A stretch of 32,000 nucleotides of DNA from Candidatus Electrothrix yaqonensis (lineage in GTDB: Bacteria; Desulfobacterota; Desulfobulbia; Desulfobulbales; Desulfobulbaceae). The translations under genes were made by a program, and so were the position numbers. The notes under the pieces are model-generated. The model was not told the DNA's origin and did no database searches. It worked only from the letters and a program-made list of their open reading frames with translations. Shown here piece by piece: positions 25,526 through 32,000 of the stretch; positions within the stretch are counted from its first letter, which is position 1; each line of letters starts with the position of its first letter. The stretch lies in contig CP178758.1 in the NCBI GenBank assembly GCA_047651235.1, positions 3,510,001-3,542,000 of the forward strand, read 5' to 3'.

Positions 25526-26796
25526 TGAGTGATGACGCTGCAGGAGGTTCCACTGATCTCTGCGCCTGCTCGTTCTGCGGCAGAAACCAGAATGAGGTGA
25601 ACAATCTGATCGCCGGGCCGGATGTCTACATATGTGACGGATGTATTGAACTCTGCAACGGCATGGTCAAAGAGCAGAACGGCGAAGAAGAGGACAGCAG
25701 CGACCTCCCTTCGCCTGCTGTGCTGAAACCGAAAAAAATTCATGAGCATCTGGATGACTATGTGATCGGCCAGGATTTTGCCAAACGGGTTCTGTCCGTG
25801 GCTGTGCATAACCATTACAAGCGGATTGAATTCCGGTCCGACGCGACGATTGATGATGTGGAAATTCAGAAATCCAATATCATCCTGATCGGCCCGACCG
25901 GCAGCGGCAAAACCCTGCTGGCCCAGACTTTAGCCAGAATCCTCAACGTGCCTTTTACCATTGCCGATGCCACCACCCTGACCGAGGCCGGTTATGTCGG
26001 GGACGATACGGAAAATATTCTGGTCAGCCTGCTGCAGGCTGCAGATTATGACGTCAACCGGGCCCAGCACGGGATCGTCTATATTGACGAGATCGATAAA
26101 ATTGCCCGCAAATCCGATTCCCCCTCACTGACCCGTGATGTTTCCGGTGAAGGCGTGCAGCAGGCCCTGCTCAAAATTATCGAGGGCACAATGGCCTCAA
26201 TTCCGCCCAAGGGCGGCCGCAAGCATCCGCAGCAGGATCTGATCCGGATTGATACCACCAATATCCTGTTTATTGTTGGTGGAGCCTTTGTCGGTCTGGA
26301 CAAGGTGATCAAACGCCGCTCCGGGACCAAGGCTATCGGATTCGGGGCCAACATTGACACAGGCCCGGAAAAGACAGCCGGTGAACTGCTCCTTGATGTG
26401 CATCCGGAAGACCTGCTGAAATTCGGCCTGATTCCGGAGCTGCTCGGCCGTCTGCCGGTCATCGCGCCGATGAAGGAACTGGAGGAGGAGGATCTGGTCC
26501 GCATCCTGAAAGAACCGAAGAACGCCCTGACCAAGCAGTATATGAAGCTGTTTGAACTTGAGGAAATTACGCTCCGGTTTACCGAAGGAGCCCTGCAGGA
26601 GGCGGCCCGCAAGGCCATGTCGCGCAACTCCGGAGCCCGCGGCCTGCGGGCGGTCATGGAGGAGGCCATGCTGGAGGTGATGTATGAACTGCCCTCGGAT
26701 GAACATGCTGTTGAATGCGTCATCAATGAACAGGTGATTGCGGACGGCGAATATCCTGTTATTCTGTACGATACGGAAAACAAAAAGACCGCATAG
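25525..26796 (+). CDS. clpX: ATP-dependent Clp protease ATP-binding subunit ClpX
   Basis: N-terminal zinc-binding domain CSFCGR...CDGC and Walker A GPTGSGKT. The start overlaps the clpP stop (TAATG). Confidence 0.95.
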   Translation: MSDDAAGGSTDLCACSFCGRNQNEVNNLIAGPDVYICDGCIELCNGMVKEQNGEEEDSSDLPSPAVLKPKKIHEHLDDYVIGQDFAKRVLSVAVHNHYKRIEFRSDATIDDVEIQKSNIILIGPTGSGKTLLAQTLARILNVPFTIADATTLTEAGYVGDDTENILVSLLQAADYDVNRAQHGIVYIDEIDKIARKSDSPSLTRDVSGEGVQQALLKIIEGTMASIPPKGGRKHPQQDLIRIDTTNILFIVGGAFVGLDKVIKRRSGTKAIGFGANIDTGPEKTAGELLLDVHPEDLLKFGLIPELLGRLPVIAPMKELEEEDLVRILKEPKNALTKQYMKLFELEEITLRFTEGALQEAARKAMSRNSGARGLRAVMEEAMLEVMYELPSDEHAVECVINEQVIADGEYPVILYDTENKKTA

Positions 26797-26915
26797 CATA
26801 AAATTCTGTACGCTGTACGGATCTGTGCGGAACTGGCGTGAACCAGGCAGAGGGATTTCTGTTTCCACTTGGTGCACCCTGTTTTCTCTCCTGTCTCTTC
26901 TTGTGATTTTTTCTC

Positions 26916-29327
26916 ATGTTTGATGCTGATGTAAAACGATACCCGATCATGCCCCTGCGGGATGTTGTTATTTTTCCCGGCATGGTTGCTCCCTTGGTGG
27001 TGGGCCGGAAGAAATCCGCCCGTGCTCTTGAATACGCCATGAAGGAACGCACGCTCATTTTTCTGGTCAGCCAGAAGGATGCCAGCGTTGAGGAGCCGGA
27101 AACCGAGCATCTCTACCGCTACGGCGTGCTCGCCTCGGTCATGCAGCTCCTGCGTCTCCCGGACGGGACCATCAAGGCCCTGATTGAGGGTAAACGCAGG
27201 GCTGTCGTGCAGACCTATATTGAAGGCACGGAGTTCTTCACCGCAGATGTTGCCGAAGCCCCGGATCGGGAGACGGGTGATGCCGAGCTGCCTGTGTACA
27301 GCCGTGAGCTGCAGCATATTTTTGAGCAGTATGCCGGTATCAATAAAAAGAATATACCGGTCGAGGTGCTCAAGTCGGTGACTGCCCTGCAGAATCCGGC
27401 CCTGCGGGTCGATCTGATCTGTGCTCATCTTCGCCTGAAAAATGAAGAAAAGCAGACCGTGCTGGAGATTCTGTCTCTGCCGGAACGTATCCGCAGAGTG
27501 CTGGAAATTCTCTATCGGGAATTGGAACTTCATGAGCTGGAAAAGACCATTGAAGTCAAAGTCAAAAAGAAGATGAACGAGCACCAGCGTAATTATTACC
27601 TTGGTGAAAAAGTAAAAGAGATTCAGGGCGAGATGGGCCAGGGCCAGGCCGGAGACGATCTGGACGAACTGCAGGAGGCCCTGGAGAACAAAGACCTGCC
27701 GGAATCGGTCCGGGAAAAAGCGTTCAGAGAGCTGAACAAGCTCCGGGCCATGCCGCCCATGTCTGCCGAAACCACGGTGGTGCGCAATTATCTGGATACC
27801 ATTATCAGCCTGCCCTGGCAGGAAAAAACCGAATCAGCCATTGATATTGACGAGGCGGAAACCATTCTGGATCAGGATCATTACGGCCTGAAAAAGCCCA
27901 AGGAACGGATTCTTGAATACCTTGCCGTCCAGACGCAGGTGGAAAAGATCCGGGGTCCGATCCTCTGTCTGGTCGGTCCGCCCGGGGTGGGCAAGACCTC
28001 GGTCTGCAAGTCCATTGCCAGGGCCATGAACCGCAAGTTTGCCCGGCTCTCTCTGGGCGGTGTCCGGGACGAGGCGGAAATACGCGGCCATCGGCGCACC
28101 TATATAGGGGCCATGCCCGGCAAGATCATTCATTCCATGCAGAAGGCCGGGGTGATCAATCCAGTTTTTTGTCTGGATGAAGTGGACAAGATGAGCGTTG
28201 ATTTCCGTGGCGATCCGTCATCCGCCCTGCTGGAGGTGCTGGATCCGGAACAGAACAATGCGTTTAACGATCATTATCTTGACCTTGATTATGATCTCTC
28301 TGAGGTCTTTTTCATTGCCACAGCCAACAACCTGCACGGTATTCCTCTGCCCCTGCAGGACCGGATGGAGATTATCCGGTTGAACGGTTATACAGAGGAG
28401 GATAAGTTAAAGATTGCCGGAGATTTTCTTGCGCCCAAGCAGCTGGAGCTTCACGGATTTGACCGGGATGATATCCAGTTTTCCGAACCGGCTGTGCTGG
28501 AGATCGTACGTCGCTATACCCGTGAAGCCGGGGTGCGTAATCTGGAAAGAAAAATCGCCGCTGTCTGCCGCAAGGTTGCCCGCGACCGTCTGAAAAAGAA
28601 AGAGCTGAGCAAAAAATATCATCTTTCCGATCAGTCGGTGGCCGAATATCTCGGGGTGCCGAAATACAGATACGGTCTGGCAGAAAAACGGAATGAGATC
28701 GGCCTAGTGACCGGGCTGGCCTGGACAGAGGTCGGCGGCGAACTGCTGCAGATTGAATCCTCGGTGATGCCGGGCACCGGCAAAATGACCGTGACCGGCA
28801 AGCTGGGCGATGTGATGCAGGAATCAGCCCAGGCCGCGCTTTCCTATGTCCGTTCCCGTGCCATGCGTCTGGGCCTAGACCCTGATTTTTATCGGAAGCT
28901 GGATATGCATGTCCATGTCCCGGAAGGAGCGATTCCCAAGGACGGGCCGTCCGCCGGTATTACTATGGCCACCTCCATTGTTTCCGCGTTACTGAAATGT
29001 CCTGTTGACCGGCATCTGGCCATGACCGGTGAGATAACCCTGCGCGGTCGGGTTCTGCCCATCGGCGGCCTGACCGAAAAGCTGCTGGCCGCAAAGCGGG
29101 GCAATATTACCCATATTCTGCTCCCTGCCGAGAACAGGCGCGATCTGGAAGATGTACCGGCCAAAATCCGGGACAGCCTTGATATCACCTTTGTTGACCA
29201 TGTTGATGAGGTTCTTGCCAGATCCCTTATCCTGCCGGAAGAGGCGCAGCTTTTCAGGGATATTCCCCTGGAATCCATCCTCAACGATGTCACCCTGTCA
29301 GCGCATAATACAGCGGTGCAGCAGTAG
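26916..29327 (+). CDS. lon: ATP-dependent Lon protease
   Basis: 803 aa. N-terminal LON domain ([22 protein letters not shown]), Walker [10 protein letters not shown] and catalytic Ser motif [14 protein letters not shown]. Confidence 0.95.
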   Translation: MFDADVKRYPIMPLRDVVIFPGMVAPLVVGRKKSARALEYAMKERTLIFLVSQKDASVEEPETEHLYRYGVLASVMQLLRLPDGTIKALIEGKRRAVVQTYIEGTEFFTADVAEAPDRETGDAELPVYSRELQHIFEQYAGINKKNIPVEVLKSVTALQNPALRVDLICAHLRLKNEEKQTVLEILSLPERIRRVLEILYRELELHELEKTIEVKVKKKMNEHQRNYYLGEKVKEIQGEMGQGQAGDDLDELQEALENKDLPESVREKAFRELNKLRAMPPMSAETTVVRNYLDTIISLPWQEKTESAIDIDEAETILDQDHYGLKKPKERILEYLAVQTQVEKIRGPILCLVGPPGVGKTSVCKSIARAMNRKFARLSLGGVRDEAEIRGHRRTYIGAMPGKIIHSMQKAGVINPVFCLDEVDKMSVDFRGDPSSALLEVLDPEQNNAFNDHYLDLDYDLSEVFFIATANNLHGIPLPLQDRMEIIRLNGYTEEDKLKIAGDFLAPKQLELHGFDRDDIQFSEPAVLEIVRRYTREAGVRNLERKIAAVCRKVARDRLKKKELSKKYHLSDQSVAEYLGVPKYRYGLAEKRNEIGLVTGLAWTEVGGELLQIESSVMPGTGKMTVTGKLGDVMQESAQAALSYVRSRAMRLGLDPDFYRKLDMHVHVPEGAIPKDGPSAGITMATSIVSALLKCPVDRHLAMTGEITLRGRVLPIGGLTEKLLAAKRGNITHILLPAENRRDLEDVPAKIRDSLDITFVDHVDEVLARSLILPEEAQLFRDIPLESILNDVTLSAHNTAVQQ

Positions 29328-29438
29328 CGGCATCAGCAGAGGATTGCGGCCGGGAGAAGAGGGTGTGTTTTTGCAGGAACCGTTTCCTGCTGATAAAACG
29401 TGATTCCGGTCCCCGTGCTTTTTTCTGCTTTTTTCTGC

Positions 29439-29467
29439 TTGACGCACCAAGGGGATGATGGTATAAA
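29439..29467 (+). promoter_or_regulatory. Putative sigma70-type promoter for the tRNA-Val/tRNA-Asp pair
   Basis: TTGACG (29439-29444), a 17-nt spacer, then TATAAA (29462-29467). It is preceded by the tandem 10-mer cttttttctg x2 (29419-29438). The tRNA 5' end is 18 nt downstream. Confidence 0.5.
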
Positions 29468-29484
29468 TCTTTCACCAAAACGAA

Positions 29485-29560
29485 GGGCGAATAGCTCAGC
29501 TGGGAGAGCATCGGCCTTACAAGCCGAGGGTCACAGGTTCGAGCCCTGTTTCGCCCACCA
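29485..29560 (+). tRNA. tRNA-Val (anticodon TAC), CCA encoded
   Basis: Acceptor gggcgaa/ttcgccc, anticodon stem tcggc/gccga with loop ct-TAC-aa, and T-arm acagg ttcgagc cctgt. Confidence 0.93.
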
Positions 29561-29566
29561 TCTTAC

Positions 29567-29643
29567 GGGGTCGTAGTTCAGCTGGTTAGAATGCCGGCCT
29601 GTCACGCCGGAGGTCGCGAGTTCGAGTCTCGTCGGCCCCGCCA
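29567..29643 (+). tRNA. tRNA-Asp (anticodon GTC), CCA encoded
   Basis: Acceptor ggggtcg/cggcccc, anticodon stem ccggc/gccgg with loop ct-GTC-ac, and T-arm gcgag ttcgagt ctcgt. Confidence 0.93.
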
Positions 29644-29654
29644 AGGGGAATCAA

Positions 29655-29689
29655 GGGTTTAGCGTTTTTTAACGTTAGACCCTTTTTTT
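29655..29689 (+). terminator. Rho-independent terminator after the tRNA pair
   Basis: 12-bp stem 29655-29666 / 29671-29682 (two G-U pairs), tttt loop, then T7 (29683-29689). Confidence 0.8.
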
Positions 29690-29750
29690 ATTCCCCACTA
29701 GCAACGTTCCCCCGGACGGAAGTGGAAGAGGTGTATGAACTGCACCCTGC

Positions 29751-30153
29751 ATGACTCTTGACGGCAGGGAAAATCCGTTGCCAAAGGCCGCTATCCGCTA
29801 TATTGCGGAATTCAAAGTGACGTATCCACAGGCTTGATCTGCCGCTGACCGTTCCATGCGCCCGACAGACTTTACCCTCCAGCCTTTCCTGCGGGACAAT
29901 TTCACTGCCCGGTTCCGGATCAGCGGTCGCGCTGCCCCCCAGTACTGGCGATCTGCATCTCCGGTATGAGCTGCGCGGCAGCTTGGCGGAACTCCTCCTG
30001 TCTGCATCGATTACCTCTCTAGGCCGCAAGCACGGCCTCTGGCAGAGCACCTGCTTCGAGTGCTTTGTTGCAGCCGTCGGTTCGCCGCAAGACAGAGAGA
30101 TCAACCTCTCGCCCTCCGGAGACTGGAATGTCTATACTGTTTCTATGCCTTGA
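29751..30153 (+). pseudogene. Frameshifted and 3'-truncated gene remnant; may be related to DOMON/CBM9-like proteins
   Basis: Three plus-strand frames each give protein-like stretches broken by stops: MTLDGRENPLPKAAIRYIAEFKVTYPQA*; ..TDFTLQPFLRDNFTARFRISGRAAPQYW..; and LHLRYELRGSLAELLLSASITSLGRKHGLWQSTCFECFVAAVGSPQDREINLSPSGDWNVYTVSMP*. The motif LW..TCFE.F.......Y.E.N.SPSG.W..Y is one I recall from DOMON/CBM9-like proteins; this is from memory and unverified. Confidence 0.4.
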
Positions 30154-30300
30154 GCCATTGCAGTTCCCGGCCGGATTTTCACCAACGGGAGAGTTTTCTG
30201 ATCAAGCTCTGACAGCCAAGTATCACGGCTAAGAAGGGGCAAGTAATACCATTATCGAAAACTATAGCCCCTTGTTGTCGGTCGAGGTATAACTCTGGTC

Positions 30301-31120
30301 ATGACACCTTATAAATACCCGCTTGAAGAGTTTGACTTCGTAGCGCTCGCGAAACAAAGTCGGGACTCAAAAGAAAAAGCGCGCCTTCTGATTCTCGCCA
30401 ATCTGCAGGATGGAAAAGGGCAAGAGGTGATCGCCGACATGTTCAAAATCGACGTGTCCACGGTCAAGCGGACGTTGAGAAATTTTAAAATATCAGGAAT
30501 TGGCGACTTATGTGATCGCTATCGTTCTGGTGCTCCGCGAAAATTAGCCAAGTCCGAGCATCCTGCGGTGAAAGAATACATCATACAAATGCAGGAGAAT
30601 TTACCTGGAGGCCGCATAACTGGTTATGACGTTCAGCAAGTACTGCTGGAAAAATGGGGTGTAGTTTATTCCTTGACCACGGTCTATGGGCTTATGCACA
30701 GCATGAATTTATCCTGGATAACCTCTCGTTCTCGCCACCCCAAACAGGACAAAGAGGTCCAGGAATCTTTTAAAAAAACTTCAGTGAACAGGCCCTAAAG
30801 GCTCTGCCCGAGGATGTTGATCCGTCCGATGTCGATATATGGTTCCAGGACGAGACGCGGGTTGGCCAGCAAGGCAGCATCACCCGTAGATGGGCGGAAA
30901 AAGGAACCCGTCCAAGGGTCATTCGACAGCGGCAGTTCAAGTACCACAAGTTTGGCAATGGCTTAAGCAAAAGTCTTTGTCCAACCGTTGTTACGAGACC
31001 TATGATGCCATCGTCGATGCCTGCTGCGAGGCATGGAACCGCTTTGTAGAGAGCACCCAAAGGATATCTCAAATCTGCACCCGTCAATGGGCAGATATAA
31101 AGAGGCAAAACTTGTTGTGA
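30301..31120 (+). mobile_element. IS630-family transposase remnant: intact HTH N-terminus, frame change at an A7 run, internal deletion of the catalytic core
   Basis: ORF 30301-30798 encodes HTH/winged-helix parts (..LANLQDGKGQEVIADMFKIDVSTVKRTLRNFK..). The -1 frame from the A7 run (30772-30778) continues ..DVDIWFQDETRVGQQGSITRRWAEKGTRPRVIRQRQFKY, the first catalytic-D region. At about 30943-30950 the sequence jumps, in yet another frame, to the extreme C-terminal part VWQWLKQKSLSNRCYETYDAIVDACCEAWNRF..ISQICTRQWA. Terminal inverted repeats were not confidently found. Confidence 0.75.
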
Positions 31121-31218
31121 TTGGTATAAATCAGAAGAAGCGCGGTTCAATGGCAAAAAAAAGTACCCCCGCCGCAATACTGCGACAGGGGTACGGGTAC
31201 CTTCAGTCCGCCATCACC

Positions 31219-31869
31219 TCACGGCTCAACCCGGCTCAACCGCGATACCTCGCCGATAGCGACAAAATTATCTCCTTCGTGAAACGCCTCAGTGGCTTTG
31301 GGGATGTAATGGTACCCTGTATCGCCACTTCTGCGTACAGCGATCACCTGAATGCCGAAGGTATTGGTCAGGTTCAGCTCCTGCAGGTTTTTTCCTTCCC
31401 ATGCTTTGATGGTAAATTCCTTGACCGCCATTGATTCGTCAAACGGCAGATAATCCATAAAACCCGGCATGGCGATCTGTCCGGCAATCTGTTTTGCAGC
31501 CATGTACTCCGGGATCACCACCTCATCAACGCCGATTTTGTAGAGCAGCTTTTCATGATCTTTATTGATGGCTTTGGCCCAGACTTTGGCTACGCCCAGC
31601 TCCTTGAGGTACATGGAGATCATGATGCTGGCGGCAATGGAATCCCCCACACTGATCAGCACATGCTCCAGATCCTGCAGGCGGATCTGTTCCAGCGCCT
31701 CCTGGCTCATGGCGTCCACCTGATATACCTGGGTCAGGACATGCTGAGCATTTCTCACCTTTTCCGGATCGCTTTCCACACCGAGCACCTCATGACCGAG
31801 ATCAATCAGGGTCCGGCCGAATTTGAGACCGAATTTTCCTAAGCCGATAATACCTATCTGTAACTTCAT
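31219..31869 (-). CDS. ktrA: Potassium uptake protein, TrkA/KtrA family (RCK N- and C-domains)
   Basis: 216 aa. Rossmann motif IGIIGLGKFG, with TrkA-N followed by TrkA-C (..AWEGKNLQELNL...GIQVIAVRR..). ATG at 31869 with GGAG upstream; the track start at 31872 is the preceding GTG. Confidence 0.88.
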   Translation of the reverse strand: MKLQIGIIGLGKFGLKFGRTLIDLGHEVLGVESDPEKVRNAQHVLTQVYQVDAMSQEALEQIRLQDLEHVLISVGDSIAASIMISMYLKELGVAKVWAKAINKDHEKLLYKIGVDEVVIPEYMAAKQIAGQIAMPGFMDYLPFDESMAVKEFTIKAWEGKNLQELNLTNTFGIQVIAVRRSGDTGYHYIPKATEAFHEGDNFVAIGEVSRLSRVEP

Positions 31870-31881
31870 CACTGCTCCGAA

Positions 31882-32000
31882 TCAGCCGACCGAAAGTTTT
31901 TCTTCCGGTCTGGAAAAGAGAATTGTCGTGCGCAGGGACTGCATTGAACTGAGCAGGACAAGGGGGCCGAGCCGACCGACAAACATGAGCAACATGATAA
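31882..32000 (-). CDS. ktrB: TrkH/KtrB-family potassium transporter, C-terminal 38 codons only (5' part outside the window)
   Basis: The reverse frame reads IMLLMFVGRLGPLVLLSSMQSLRTTILFSRPEEKLSVG*. MF(I/V)GRLGPLT(L/V) is the conserved KtrB/TrkH C-terminal motif. The stop is 12 nt before the ktrA ATG. Not in the ORF track. Confidence 0.7.
   Translation of the reverse strand, partial: IMLLMFVGRLGPLVLLSSMQSLRTTILFSRPEEKLSVG

Noticed and set aside
26797-26915. Possible sigma32 heat-shock promoter upstream of lon
   Set aside because: There is a CTTGG.. element, but no convincing CCCCAT-type -10 at the right spacing. I cannot support the call by eye.
26079-27584. 501-aa and 226-aa minus-strand ORFs
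   Set aside because: They are antisense to clpX and lon. They are Ser/Arg-rich shadow frames.
29688-30104. 138-aa minus-strand ORF after tRNA-Asp
   Set aside because: It has no Shine-Dalgarno and an Arg/Ser/Cys-rich composition. The plus strand carries the more protein-like (though broken) frames.
30150-31140. Terminal inverted repeats and TA duplication of the IS630 relic
   Set aside because: I only found weak 7-nt coincidences (gccattg, ttctgat) between the two flanks. That is not enough to define the ends without an intact reference copy.

Overview
This is a 32-kb window of about 55% GC from a Gram-negative-type chromosome; I cannot assign a taxon from sequence alone.

Housekeeping blocks:
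- A minus-strand pilT-like ATPase, followed by a zinc-ribbon/receiver-like gene that runs off the left edge and is missing from the ORF track.
- ilvD, gdhA and a DAACS (glutamate/dicarboxylate-type) symporter at 5.2-10.5 kb.
- An alpha/beta hydrolase, an MscK-like mechanosensitive channel and ComEC.
- tRNA-Leu(TAG), tig-clpP-clpX-lon, tRNA-Val(TAC) and tRNA-Asp(GTC).
- ktrA, plus the 3' end of ktrB at the right edge.

Accessory or unusual material:
1. An LRR-Roc-COR (ROCO) GTPase at 2239-4404 with an abrupt GC jump inside the gene, flanked by two orphan genes.
2. An AT-rich islet at 8.66-9.2 kb, bounded on its right by a decayed copy of the gdhA 3' end.
3. A 10.5-16.7 kb segment that starts at an IS5-family transposase relic. 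It holds a membrane protein with 123-bp tandem coding repeats and a tightly coupled minus-strand cluster: mini-ORFs, a poly-Asn-tailed protein, a GIDE-like membrane protein, an AT-rich PIN-like gene, a radical SAM/SPASM enzyme with a roughly 250-aa C-terminal extension, and a small Cys lipoprotein. This cluster is my best candidate for an undescribed system.
4. A decayed zone after the tRNA-Val/Asp pair, with a frameshifted pseudogene and an internally deleted IS630-family element.

I found no CRISPR array and no rRNA. All product calls rest on motifs read by eye and on remembered family signatures; no database search was possible.
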